64,000 nt of DNA from Anaerolineales bacterium. Its GTDB lineage: Bacteria; Chloroflexota; Anaerolineae; Anaerolineales; UBA11858. Each line of letters begins with the position of its first letter. Position 1 is the stretch's first letter. The stretch spans positions 934-64,933 of the forward strand of contig JBGCVQ010000098.1 of the NCBI GenBank assembly GCA_045888315.1, written 5' to 3'. This document shows positions 12,633 to 22,037 of the stretch, piece after piece. The position numbers and the translations under genes were made by a program. The notes beneath the pieces are model-generated. The model searched no databases and had not been told where the DNA came from. It saw only the letters and a list, made by a program, of their open reading frames with translations.

Positions 12633-13503
12633 CGGTTTTCTTTTTAATAGAAGGGTTTTGGTCCATGTAGGGAATCAGGTTCCGATAGAAATAGCCCGGA
12701 TCCTCAAAGCGAATGAACTCAACGACATTCTCGCTGGCGTGGATCTCGATCCAGTCCTCAGTCTTGAGCGCGATCGGCGGCTGTCCGTCGACACAGATCA
12801 CCGCCTGGTGGGAGGTGAAGACCTCCACTGCCACCAAGACCGACTCTGCCAGCACCAGGGTTTGTTCGATAGAAAGATGGGGTGCAACCGGCACCAGGAT
12901 GATATTTCGCAGCTCTGGTGACAGGATCGGACCTCCCGCAGCCATCGCATAGGCGGTTGAGCCAGTTGCTGTAGAGGCAATGATCGCATCGGCCACGATC
13001 GTGCTCAAGTGGCGCTGGTTGATGTGGATCTTCAGCTGGACTGGACGGATCTCCTCGCCCCGGCTGATCACCACGTCATTCAGCGCGTTCCAGCGGCCGA
13101 TCTCGCGGCCTTCTCGGATGAGGGTTGATTCCAGCATCATCCGCTTTTCTAACCAGTACTCCCCCGCCAGGATCCGCTGCAAAGCTTCCTGCCACTCATT
13201 GCGCTGCACACCGGTTAAAAAACCGTACCTTCCCATGTTGATCCCCAGGATAGGAACCTGCGGATCCGCGGAGATGTGCCCTGCCCGGAGCATGGTCCCA
13301 TCTCCACCAAGGGCTACCAGTAGATCCTGGTTTCCATTGAGCATCCCGGCCCGCAGGGTCTCCTCATCCATACGACCCAGGAGGACATCTTTTCCCAGGT
13401 CCTTGAGGAAATCACGGATCTCCTGCGCGAGATCATAAGCCTCTTCATTCTTGGGATGTACGGCAATAGCTATGCTGTTGATATCTCTTTTCTCTTTTGG
13501 CAT
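12625..13503 (-). CDS. nadK: NAD(+) kinase
   Basis: 292 aa with the GGDGTMLRA motif and STATGSTAYAMAAGGPI block. nadK-recN neighbourhood is common. Confidence 0.93.
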   Translation of the reverse strand: MPKEKRDINSIAIAVHPKNEEAYDLAQEIRDFLKDLGKDVLLGRMDEETLRAGMLNGNQDLLVALGGDGTMLRAGHISADPQVPILGINMGRYGFLTGVQRNEWQEALQRILAGEYWLEKRMMLESTLIREGREIGRWNALNDVVISRGEEIRPVQLKIHINQRHLSTIVADAIIASTATGSTAYAMAAGGPILSPELRNIILVPVAPHLSIEQTLVLAESVLVAVEVFTSHQAVICVDGQPPIALKTEDWIEIHASENVVEFIRFEDPGYFYRNLIPYMDQNPSIKKKTDV

Positions 13504-13558
13504 AAGTCAGTCATGGGTTGAGTCTGTTGGGATCCTTTCCGATCCAGACGTCAGCGGA

Positions 13559-13867
13559 TCATTCCTTGGAAGGTTTGAACAAGCTATCGGCCAGAGATGA
13601 GCTTCCAGGGACAGTGATCTCACCAAAGTTGGTTTCGTATTTTGCCAGGTTATCACCCAGGGCTTTGTAGATCAATTTTGCGCTCAGTGGGCTGAGCAGG
13701 ATCCTGGATTTGAACTGGGGTGCTTTCAAACCTGGCAGCATCTGGGCGAAATCGAAAATGAATTCCGAGGGAGAATGTGTGATCCGGGCTAGATTCGCGT
13801 AATCCGCCTCTAGATCCTGGGGAAGCTCGATCCCGGGGATGTTTTGAGCCTTCTCACTTTGGGTCAT
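13559..13867 (-). CDS. Small conserved hypothetical protein (DUF3467-like by recollection)
   Basis: 102-aa ORF with the core YANLARITHSPSEFIFDF. No other frame competes. Confidence 0.55.
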   Translation of the reverse strand: MTQSEKAQNIPGIELPQDLEADYANLARITHSPSEFIFDFAQMLPGLKAPQFKSRILLSPLSAKLIYKALGDNLAKYETNFGEITVPGSSSLADSLFKPSKE

Positions 13868-13897
13868 CCATCCATCCTTACTATTCTATCTGGGTGA

Positions 13898-14320
13898 TCA
13901 GAATGGGATATCGTCCTCATCCACCGCTTCCATCCCGCCCCCACCAGAACGATCCTGGATTGCCTGATCCTCGGACCGGGACGAAAGGAATGTCACATTC
14001 TGGGCTGTCATTTCAAAACTGGCAGCCGGGGTCCCGTCATTGCGGGTCCACACCCTGGGGCCTCCGGTATCCGGATCGGGGCGCAGATAGCCTTCCACCA
14101 GCACTTTGCTGCCTTTCCGCAAATACTGGTTGACGGTCTCCGCCATGCCGCCCCACACAGACACCCTGAACCAAGTGGTTTCAGTGACCTTCTGGCCGTT
14201 GGAGTCCGTGTAGACCCGGTTAGTGGCAACAGACATATCAGTCACCGCTTGGCCGCTTGGCAGGTAGCGCATTTCGGGATCTCGGCCTAAATTCCCTGCA
14301 ATGATCAATTTGTGATACAC
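13898..14320 (-). CDS. ssb: Single-stranded DNA-binding protein
   Basis: OB-fold N terminus YHKLIIAGNLGRDPEMRY, a Gly-rich linker and an acidic tail DEDDIPF. I place the start at the GTG (14318-14320) preceded by GAGGAGG, rather than at the upstream ATG of the ORF track. Confidence 0.9.
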   Translation of the reverse strand: MYHKLIIAGNLGRDPEMRYLPSGQAVTDMSVATNRVYTDSNGQKVTETTWFRVSVWGGMAETVNQYLRKGSKVLVEGYLRPDPDTGGPRVWTRNDGTPAASFEMTAQNVTFLSSRSEDQAIQDRSGGGGMEAVDEDDIPF

Positions 14321-14476
14321 AATTCCTCCTCTGAAGCAGCCTGCCCTGGGATCATTCCACCGGTCCAAGACCGCTTGCTGTTTTCAAAGTATTATACACT
14401 GTCTCGCTTATTGAACACCTCGCTGAACCTGGCTCCCGGCTGACACATTGGAGCAGCCTGACCCCCTCAGCGGATT

Positions 14477-15241
14477 TCACTTGGGAAGGACTTCCCTGAC
14501 CAGCAGATCCGAGAAGGTGACCGTCAGCGCATTCTCCCCTACCGACCTGGCATACACGCCGAAAGAACCGACACCAATCGGCTGATCAGAAACGGAGAAC
14601 TGGGGATCTCCGTTGATATAAAAATAGATCTGGTCGCCTACTGAGAGGACTGCCAACTTCGATTCGCTGGGAGCTCCAACAGGAACAGATGCGCTTCGCG
14701 TCCAGGGGTAAAGCACGACCGACCCACCGCCAAAGAACCGGTCCAGCCTGATCTCTCCTGCACAGGAAATCCCCAGGCGGTAGTATTGGTTCAAGCCGTA
14801 GACCCGGAACAGGAATCCATACTCATCCCGGGAAGTGCACAGCACCGGATTGGCGGTGATCTCCGCGTAGAAATCCCCCAGGTCCGGTTTTTCCAGGTTG
14901 GCCATCAGGAAGCTCCTGGGCTGATTGATGATGATATCGATCTCTCCCCCAGCGATATTGACCTGACCCCGGTCGGAAGTCGGAATCGTCCAGCCTTCGC
15001 TTGACGTGAAGGGATCCCGGAAGATCACCTCGCCCAGCTCAGCCATCACACCCGGGGTGGGACTGACCTCCAGCGTGGGGGTGATGACCGGTGTATCCGT
15101 GGGAGGGAACCAGATCACCGTCGGGCTGGGAGCGGCCGTCGCTGTCAGTGTCGGGGTTGGTTCAGCTGTTGGCTCCAGAACCCCGGGAGCCAGGCAGCCT
15201 GAGACCAGCAGGACCAGCAAAATGATGACGATTCTTTTCAT
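14477..15241 (-). CDS. Putative lipoprotein with Pro/Thr-rich linker and a jelly-roll (LamG/DUF1080-like) domain
   Basis: 254 aa. It has a signal peptide plus lipobox (LLVSGC). It lies 6 nt downstream of purA. Confidence 0.6.
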   Translation of the reverse strand: MKRIVIILLVLLVSGCLAPGVLEPTAEPTPTLTATAAPSPTVIWFPPTDTPVITPTLEVSPTPGVMAELGEVIFRDPFTSSEGWTIPTSDRGQVNIAGGEIDIIINQPRSFLMANLEKPDLGDFYAEITANPVLCTSRDEYGFLFRVYGLNQYYRLGISCAGEIRLDRFFGGGSVVLYPWTRSASVPVGAPSESKLAVLSVGDQIYFYINGDPQFSVSDQPIGVGSFGVYARSVGENALTVTFSDLLVREVLPK

Positions 15242-15247
15242 AATCCT

Positions 15248-16537
15248 TCAGCGCTGTATGACCTGGGAGCGTTCTGGGCCCACAGAGATGGTCCTGACCG
15301 GCAAGCCAACCAGGCTTTCGATTGCAGCCACATACTCCCTGGCCTGTTGCGGCAGATCCTCCCAGGTTCGGATGCCGGTCAGATCCTCTGGCCACCCTGG
15401 GACAGTTTCATAGACTGCTGTCATTTCGTCCAGGTTGGCGGGACCCAGCGGGAGAGTCTTTGTTGAGCTGGTACCTACCTGGTACGCGGTGCCGAGGCTG
15501 ATGCTCTCCAATCCGGATAGAATGTCCAACTTAGTAAGGGCCAGCTCAGTGATGCCATTGATCCTGGCGGCATAGCGCAGAAGTACGATATCCAGCCATC
15601 CCACCCTGCGCGGCCGGCCAGTGGTTGTGCCGAACTCGTCCCACTCGTTCTCCCCTGTACCCCGCAGCCGACTCGCCAGGTCCCCGCTCAGCTCCGTTGG
15701 AAACGGGCCTTCTCCTACTCGGGTCTGGAAGGCTTTGACGACGCCGATCACCCGGTCAGCCGAGCCGATGCCCAGACCCAGTCCAACCAGGGCTCCCGGA
15801 GCAGTCGGTGTCGAACTGGTCACAAAAGGATACGTGCCGTGGTCAAGGTCCAGCAATGTTCCCTGGGCACCTTCTGCCAGGATCCTCTTTCCTTCCAGGA
15901 GAGACCGGGCAGCAAACTCCCCGGTTTCTGTGATATAAGGCCGGAGCGCTTCGGCATAGCCGCTGTAGGCAGCCAGGATCTCATCCTCCGCCAGAGGTGG
16001 GGAGTTATAGAGGCGGTCCAATTGATGATTGACATCCTTGAGATGGACAGATAGCGCATCCTGAAAACCTTTGGACGTGAGCATCCTCTCCAGGCGCAGA
16101 CCGGAGCGATTGACCTTCGAGGTATAGGCTGGACCGATTCCCCTCCGGGTCGTGCCGATCTTTCCCGCTCCCCGGGCTTCTTCCCGGGCTGCATCCAGCG
16201 CCAGATGCCCGGGAGTGATCAGGTGAGCGGCATGGGAGATCTTGACGCGCTGGGGATTGATCTCGATCCCTGCCTGACGAACCATGGCTATCTCGTCCAG
16301 CAGCGTAGCAGGGTTGATGACCATACCGTTCCCAAGCAGCCCTATGGTGTGAGGATGAACGATCCCTGAAGGCAGCAAATGCAGCTTAAAGGTGTTTTCC
16401 CCTACCGTGACCGTGTGGCCAGCGTTATCACCACCTGAATAGCGGGCTACCACATCGGCTTCCTCGGCCAGCAGGTCGACGATCCTTCCTTTCCCTTCAT
16501 CACCCCATTGGGCGCCCACAACGATATCCAGCGACAT
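15248..16537 (-). CDS. purA: Adenylosuccinate synthetase
   Basis: MSLDIVVGAQWGDEGKGRIVD..GDNAGHTV..TTRRGIGPAY. The start is placed at the internal ATG (16535-16537), which matches the canonical N terminus. Confidence 0.95.
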   Translation of the reverse strand: MSLDIVVGAQWGDEGKGRIVDLLAEEADVVARYSGGDNAGHTVTVGENTFKLHLLPSGIVHPHTIGLLGNGMVINPATLLDEIAMVRQAGIEINPQRVKISHAAHLITPGHLALDAAREEARGAGKIGTTRRGIGPAYTSKVNRSGLRLERMLTSKGFQDALSVHLKDVNHQLDRLYNSPPLAEDEILAAYSGYAEALRPYITETGEFAARSLLEGKRILAEGAQGTLLDLDHGTYPFVTSSTPTAPGALVGLGLGIGSADRVIGVVKAFQTRVGEGPFPTELSGDLASRLRGTGENEWDEFGTTTGRPRRVGWLDIVLLRYAARINGITELALTKLDILSGLESISLGTAYQVGTSSTKTLPLGPANLDEMTAVYETVPGWPEDLTGIRTWEDLPQQAREYVAAIESLVGLPVRTISVGPERSQVIQR

Positions 16538-16687
16538 AGTCCACTCCCGTGTTAATATGATTTCCTTCACAGGGAAAACAAGCAAAATACCTGTTCAATT
16601 TCTGGGGTTACAGGCTAGAATCATTCTAGCACACAAAGGATGATCTCATCCATACTATCACCTGATTGACTATCAGCAGGAGAGGAC

Positions 16688-17698
16688 ATGCCGGAGAGAA
16701 CCGTCTTGATTACCGGGGCAAGTGGCGAAATTGGCCAGGCCCTGATCGATGCTTTATCAGATGATCCCCAAACTAAAATCATCTCCCTCGACCTGAAACC
16801 CTTACCGGGTTGGCTGGAGGGAAAATCCACCCATATCCAGGGTGACTTGCTTGACAAGAAACTGATCCAGAGCTTGGATGATGGTTATTCTTTTGACCAG
16901 ATCTATCACCTGGCAGCGGTCCTGTCGACCACTGCAGAACATAACCCTACCGTGGCCCACCATATCAACACCTGCGTCACCTTTGACCTGCTGGACCTGG
17001 CCGCCAGGCAGAGCAATGAGGCTGGACGGTCCGTGAAGTTCATCTTTCCCAGCTCGATCGCCGTTTACGGCCTTCCGGACCTGGAAACCAAGAACTCCAA
17101 TCCCCGGTTAAAGGAGCGTGAGTGGACTGAGCCAAACACAATGTACGGCTGCTCCAAACTCTACTGTGAGAAAGTCGGGACGTACTATAGTGAAGGATAC
17201 CAGCAGCTGGCAGATAAGGTCCCGACCCGATTGGATTTCAGGGCGATCCGCTTTCCCGGCATCATCAGCGCTTTCACTGTGCCCAGTGGGGGCACCAGCG
17301 ATTTCGGACCGGAGATGATCCATGCCGCAGCCCAGGGTAAAGCATACCCATGCTTTGTGCGGGAAGATGTCCGGATCCCATTCATGGTGATGCCGGACGC
17401 AGTGCGCTCCCTGCAGGTGCTCGCAGAAGCTCCCCTGGAGCAGCTCACCCAGAGGGTCTATAACGTCACCAGCTTCAGTTTCTCTGCGGCAGACTTTGCC
17501 GCATTTACCAGGAAAGGATTCCCGGAGGCAGAGATCAGCTTTGAGCCCGACCCCCATCGCCAGGCCATCGTGGATTCCTGGCCGGCGGACGTAGATGACA
17601 GCGCAGCCCGGAGAGATTGGGGTTGGGAACCAGAATATAACGCGGAGGATGCCTGCCAGGAATACCTTCTCAAGAACATCAGAGCTCATTATTCATGA
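16688..17698 (+). CDS. NAD-dependent epimerase/dehydratase-family SDR (resembles SDR-type L-threonine 3-dehydrogenases)
   Basis: 336 aa with Rossmann motif VLITGASGEIGQAL, catalytic YGCSK, and IRFPGIIS as in UDP-Gal-epimerase-like TDHs. Confidence 0.75.
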   Translation: MPERTVLITGASGEIGQALIDALSDDPQTKIISLDLKPLPGWLEGKSTHIQGDLLDKKLIQSLDDGYSFDQIYHLAAVLSTTAEHNPTVAHHINTCVTFDLLDLAARQSNEAGRSVKFIFPSSIAVYGLPDLETKNSNPRLKEREWTEPNTMYGCSKLYCEKVGTYYSEGYQQLADKVPTRLDFRAIRFPGIISAFTVPSGGTSDFGPEMIHAAAQGKAYPCFVREDVRIPFMVMPDAVRSLQVLAEAPLEQLTQRVYNVTSFSFSAADFAAFTRKGFPEAEISFEPDPHRQAIVDSWPADVDDSAARRDWGWEPEYNAEDACQEYLLKNIRAHYS

Positions 17699-17819
17699 GC
17701 GTTTCACCAGACACATATAATTATCAGCCGGAGGCCAAGGACGGATCCGGTCTTTCCTTTGATAATGTAGTATGATGGGGGATGTTCCAAATTAGTCTCA
17801 TATTTTACAGGTAGGTACT

Positions 17820-18881
17820 ATGAACAACGACATTCCGATCCAGCCAGGACCGATCGCTCTGTTTGGGTCCGGCGAAACGGCTCCCGGGGGACAGAGGATC
17901 TTTGATTTCCTTTTTCAACTGACTGAAATTGGACCGAGAGTCTCCGTCCTGGAAACCCCTGCCGGCTTCGAGCTGAATTCCCCTCAAGTAGCTGGCAGTG
18001 TTGGGGATTTCATTGAGCACCGCCTCCAGAATTACAAACCCTCCATTGAGATCATCCCCGCTCGGAAAAAGGGCACCCCATTCAGCCCTGATGAACCAGA
18101 CATCGTCCGGCCGATCCTGGATGCTGACTTGATCTTCATGGGGCCTGGAAGTCCCAGCTATGCGGTCCGTCAGCTGCGGGACAGTTTAGCCTGGGAATAT
18201 CTGCTAGCCCGCCACCGCTTGGGCGCTGGACTAGCTTTCTCCAGCGCGACCACGGTCGCTGTCAGCTGCTCAGCCCTGCCGGTATACGAGATCTACAAGG
18301 TCGGTGAAGACCTGCACTGGCTGCCAGGATTGGATTTCTTTGGACACTACGGCCTGGAACTGATCTTCATTCCCCACTGGAATAACCAGGACGGTGGCGA
18401 AGGACTGGACACCAGCCGCTGCTATATGGGGAAATCCCGTTTCGCGGAACTGATCGACCTCCTCCCTCCGGGGCAAACTGTTATTGGCATTGATGAGAAC
18501 ACCGGATTGGTGATCGATTTCCAAGCCGGCTGCCTGCATGCCGTGGGCCAGGGTACAGTCACGATCATCAAGGAAGGTGATGAGCTGATGATCCCGGCTG
18601 GGAGCGGATTGGATCTCAGCGAGCTGGGAGAATTCAAGCTCTGCGACCCGCTAGCCGGGATCTCATCCAGCAGCTGGCAGGCGGCTCTGCAAGCCCAGAA
18701 CCAGCAAGCGGCTCCCGACACCCCGGACGAGGTGGTGGTCCAGCTGGCAGATAAACGGGAAGATGCCCGTAGGAATAAAAACTGGGAGCTGGCTGACCAG
18801 CTCCGGGGTCAGATCGAGGAGTTAGGCTGGACTGTCCAGGATAACCCGGATGGGTATCAACTGGAGAAACTTGCCAACTGA
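17820..18881 (+). CDS. Two-domain protein: peptidase S51/cyanophycinase-like fold fused to a cysteinyl-tRNA-synthetase C-terminal-type helical module
   Basis: 353 aa. The N terminus is ALFGSGET..IFMGPGSPSY..AFSSATTVA. The C terminus is LADKREDARRNKNWELADQLRGQIEELGWTVQDNPDGYQL, the CysRS C-terminal signature pattern. Confidence 0.6.
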   Translation: MNNDIPIQPGPIALFGSGETAPGGQRIFDFLFQLTEIGPRVSVLETPAGFELNSPQVAGSVGDFIEHRLQNYKPSIEIIPARKKGTPFSPDEPDIVRPILDADLIFMGPGSPSYAVRQLRDSLAWEYLLARHRLGAGLAFSSATTVAVSCSALPVYEIYKVGEDLHWLPGLDFFGHYGLELIFIPHWNNQDGGEGLDTSRCYMGKSRFAELIDLLPPGQTVIGIDENTGLVIDFQAGCLHAVGQGTVTIIKEGDELMIPAGSGLDLSELGEFKLCDPLAGISSSSWQAALQAQNQQAAPDTPDEVVVQLADKREDARRNKNWELADQLRGQIEELGWTVQDNPDGYQLEKLAN

Positions 18882-18937
18882 CCCACCTACGATAACTAGC
18901 TCAGGCAATCCATCCGAAGAGGACAAGGAGAGGGTTC

Positions 18938-19834
18938 ATGACGGATAAACCAAGACTGGGATATATCGGTTTGGGCTTGATGGGGAAACCCATGGCCCAA
19001 AATCTGCTGAAGGCTGGCTATCCGGTCGTGGTCCACAACCGCAGCCGGGAGGTAGTCAAGCAGCTGGTAGCTGAAGGTGCCCAGGAGGCATTCAGCCCCC
19101 GGGATGTTGCCTCCCAGGTAGACATCATCTTCACCAATCTTCCGGATTCCCCTGATGTCGAACTGGTCGCCCTCGGGAAAGACGGCATCATCGAAGGGGT
19201 CCGGGAAGGCTTGATCTATGTGGACCATTCCACCATCAAACCCTCCCTGGCCAGGAGGATCGAGGCAGAATTCACTGCCAAAGGCGCGTTTGCACTGGAC
19301 GCTCCGGTGAGCGGCGGTGATATCGGAGCCCAGAAAGGTACGCTGGCGATCATGGTTGGTGGTCCGGCAGCAACCCTGGAAGAGGTGCGCCCGATCTTTG
19401 AGGTTGTTGGCAAGACCATCACGCACGTGGGGGAAGCTGGGTCTGGCCAGATCGCCAAAGCAGCCAACCAGGTCATGGTCGCCGCCCAGATGGTAGCCAT
19501 GGGAGAGCTGCTGATCCTGGCCAAAAAGGCAGGAGCAGATCCTGCCCGGGTCATCCAGGCCATCCAGGGAGGCGCGGCCCAATGCTGGACCCTGGATGTC
19601 AAGCCAGAGCGCTTATTTGCTGGGAACCGCCAGCCCGGTTTCAAGGCTTACATGCAGGAAAAGGACCTGAAAATCGTCATGGACACCGCTCGCGAGTACG
19701 GCGCTCCCCTGCCTGCGGCAGGTCTGCACACTCAGCTCTACAGCTCCATGCTGGCAATGGGTATGAAGGACCTGGATAATTCCGCTGTTATCGCTGTCAT
19801 CGAGGAGCTGGCCGCAACGACCCTGCTCGATTAG
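18938..19834 (+). CDS. 3-hydroxyisobutyrate dehydrogenase / 2-hydroxy-3-oxopropionate (tartronate semialdehyde) reductase family
   Basis: 298 aa with LGYIGLGLMGKPMAQNL, a DAPVSGG block and GSGQIAKAANQ. Confidence 0.85.
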   Translation: MTDKPRLGYIGLGLMGKPMAQNLLKAGYPVVVHNRSREVVKQLVAEGAQEAFSPRDVASQVDIIFTNLPDSPDVELVALGKDGIIEGVREGLIYVDHSTIKPSLARRIEAEFTAKGAFALDAPVSGGDIGAQKGTLAIMVGGPAATLEEVRPIFEVVGKTITHVGEAGSGQIAKAANQVMVAAQMVAMGELLILAKKAGADPARVIQAIQGGAAQCWTLDVKPERLFAGNRQPGFKAYMQEKDLKIVMDTAREYGAPLPAAGLHTQLYSSMLAMGMKDLDNSAVIAVIEELAATTLLD

Positions 19835-19863
19835 CACTGGCGCGCGATCCCGTACCTGACCCC

Positions 19864-19896
19864 AAGGCAGAAGGAGCTCCTTCTGCCTTTATTTTT
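19864..19896 (+). terminator. Rho-independent terminator (13+13 nt perfect palindrome AAGGCAGAAGGAG/CTCCTTCTGCCTT followed by TATTTTT)
   Basis: Read directly. It lies 30 nt after the stop of the preceding dehydrogenase gene. Confidence 0.7.
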
Positions 19897-19936
19897 GGAG
19901 CGGTATAATTGCAGGGGATCTGAACAGGAGGGAAAT

Positions 19937-20827
19937 GTGAATAAAAGGCTCTCGATACTCAAGGATATCCATCTCGACCAAGGTACCCTGCGGGATTATC
20001 TGCTGATCACCCTCGGATCTGCTCTCCAGGCTGCTGCTTTGAGGGCTTTTCTGGTGCCTGCTCGCCTGGCAAGCGGCGGCGTCAGCGGCCTCTCCCAGAT
20101 CATCAACAGCTATACCGGATGGCCGATAGGCCTGATGGTGGTACTGGGAAACCTTCCGCTGTTGCTGATGGGCTGGCGCTACCTGGGAGGACCCCGCTTC
20201 GCAGCCCGCACAGCCTACGCCATCCTCATTTTTTCGATCCTGGTAGATATCCCACTGCCCTTTTTCTCCGGAAGCGGACTCACACCCGACCTGGTGCTGA
20301 ACTCACTCTTTGGCGGTGTGATCAGCGGGATCGGATTTGGATTGGTCTACCGCGGCAGGGGAACCAGCGGAGGGTCTGACATCCTGGCCAGGATCCTCAG
20401 CAGCTGGCGGGGGATTCCAGTCACCCAAAGCTATTTGCTGACAGACGCCTTAATCATCTTCCTGGCCGGGATCTCATTCAGCTGGGAGAACGCGCTCTAT
20501 GCCCTGGTAATGCTCTACGTCAGCGGCATCGCCGCCGAATCCATCAGCGAGGGATCGAATGTCTTGCGGACGGGTTTGATCATCACTGAAAACCCCCACC
20601 CCATCATCGAGGAGATCTTCAATAAACTCCGGCGGGGCGTGACCATTCTGGATGGAAAAGGGGGTTATTCTGGCAAGGACAAGACCCTCTTGTTGTGTGT
20701 TGTCACCCGGGCAGAGATCCAGCACCTGAAAGCGATCACCCGCGAGCTCGACCCGGCAGCGTTCCTGATCATCGGCCAGGCTCACGAGGTCCGGGGAGAA
20801 GGGTTCCTGCCTATCATCGAAGACTGA
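19937..20827 (+). CDS. YitT-family membrane protein (C-terminal DUF2179 domain)
   Basis: Multi-TM N-terminal part with GGVSGL and GGSD motifs, plus a DUF2179-like tail. The start is placed at the GTG after AGGAGGG. The ORF track begins 42 nt earlier, at a TTG inside the terminator tail. Confidence 0.8.
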   Translation: MNKRLSILKDIHLDQGTLRDYLLITLGSALQAAALRAFLVPARLASGGVSGLSQIINSYTGWPIGLMVVLGNLPLLLMGWRYLGGPRFAARTAYAILIFSILVDIPLPFFSGSGLTPDLVLNSLFGGVISGIGFGLVYRGRGTSGGSDILARILSSWRGIPVTQSYLLTDALIIFLAGISFSWENALYALVMLYVSGIAAESISEGSNVLRTGLIITENPHPIIEEIFNKLRRGVTILDGKGGYSGKDKTLLLCVVTRAEIQHLKAITRELDPAAFLIIGQAHEVRGEGFLPIIED

Positions 20828-20845
20828 AAATCGGCTGCGCATTCA

Positions 20846-20871
20846 TGCAACTTATTCAGCGCCTTTCCGTA
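20846..20871 (+). promoter_or_regulatory. ECF-type promoter candidate TGCAAC-N16-CGTA
   Basis: Matches the AAC-N16/17-CGT architecture of ECF sigma-dependent, usually autoregulated, promoters. It lies 35 nt upstream of the ECF sigma gene. Confidence 0.4.
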
Positions 20872-20905
20872 TATTTTCTCAAGGCAAGGCGCAAGGAGAA
20901 ATTGA

Positions 20906-21517
20906 GTGTCAAACGAAGCACAATGGATTGCTGATGCACGAACCGGCGATAAGGAGGCATTTTCCAAACTTGTCGAAAAATATCAGAAACCGGTTTACAG
21001 CGTATGCTATCGGATGCTGGGCACCCCGACAGCTGCGGAAGACGCAGCCCAGGAAGCCTTCATCCGGGCTTATCAGGCGCTGGACCGCTACGATCCGGAT
21101 CGATCATTTGCGACCTGGCTGCTGTCAATCGCCTCAAATTACAGCATAGACCAGATCAGGAAGAGAAAAGTGACCATTCTTTCCATGGACAGCGAGAAAT
21201 ACGGATGGATGGTGCCGCCAGATCCAGGCCCCAGCCCAGAACGGGCAGCCCTGGAAAAAGAAAAACAGGCTCTGGTCCAGTCCCTGCTGGCAGAACTAAG
21301 CGAGACGGACCGGGCCGCAGTGATCCTGCAATTCTGGCATGAGTATTCTTATGAGGAGATCGCGGAGACACTCGAGCTCAGCGTCAGCGCCGTCAAGAGC
21401 CGCTTGTTCCGAGCCCGGCGCCTGCTGGCCGAAAGATGGCAGGACATGGGTCAAACTTCAGCCCAGAGCTTAAACCAGGCAGGAGAAAGGATTGCACATG
21501 AATCACCAACAATTTGA
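20906..21517 (+). CDS. ECF (sigma-70 family group IV) RNA polymerase sigma factor
   Basis: 203 aa. Region 2 is FSKLVEKYQKPVYSVCYRMLG..AEDAAQEAFIRAY. Region 4 is SYEEIAETLELSVSAVKSRLFRAR. Confidence 0.9.
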   Translation: MSNEAQWIADARTGDKEAFSKLVEKYQKPVYSVCYRMLGTPTAAEDAAQEAFIRAYQALDRYDPDRSFATWLLSIASNYSIDQIRKRKVTILSMDSEKYGWMVPPDPGPSPERAALEKEKQALVQSLLAELSETDRAAVILQFWHEYSYEEIAETLELSVSAVKSRLFRARRLLAERWQDMGQTSAQSLNQAGERIAHESPTI

Positions 21518-22037
21518 GAACTGGATTCTGCTGGAAACGGATCTCGACCAAAATGAGCAGCGTGAACTCCATCAGCATCTGAAGGGCTGCTCACAGTGCC
21601 AATCACTTTACCAGGCCGTCCACCAGCTTGATCACCTTTTCAAGATTACTCCCGAACCAGCTCCAGCAGCGGGCTTCTCAGCCCGCTGGATGGACCGGAT
21701 CGAAAAACAGGAAAAACGCAGGAATCGAATGATCCTGGGGATCACCCTGGCAGTCATCTCATTGGCTACCATGATCCTGCTTTCCCTGGTTGGACTGGAA
21801 ATCCGGTCGGCGGTCGATACCTTTCCGCAGATGCTTCTCCAGCTCGTGACAACGATCGCGGATTGGCTCGTTTTCCTCAACCAAGTCAGCAATGTCCTCA
21901 CCCCGCTGGTCAGGGTAGGAACTAAATTCATCTCTCCCCTCTGGGCCTATACTCTGGTATTCAGCCTGGGAGGAGCTGCTACAATCTGGATCATTGCTTC
22001 TTTGCGGTCCAGGAATATGCAGAAGGAGCTAAACTAA
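21492..22037 (+). CDS. Anti-sigma factor (zf-HC2-type, membrane-anchored)
   Basis: 181 aa with the HLKGCSQCQ zinc motif and TM segments. It overlaps the sigma gene end. The alternative ATG is at 21498. Confidence 0.75.
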   Translation: MHMNHQQFENWILLETDLDQNEQRELHQHLKGCSQCQSLYQAVHQLDHLFKITPEPAPAAGFSARWMDRIEKQEKRRNRMILGITLAVISLATMILLSLVGLEIRSAVDTFPQMLLQLVTTIADWLVFLNQVSNVLTPLVRVGTKFISPLWAYTLVFSLGGAATIWIIASLRSRNMQKELN

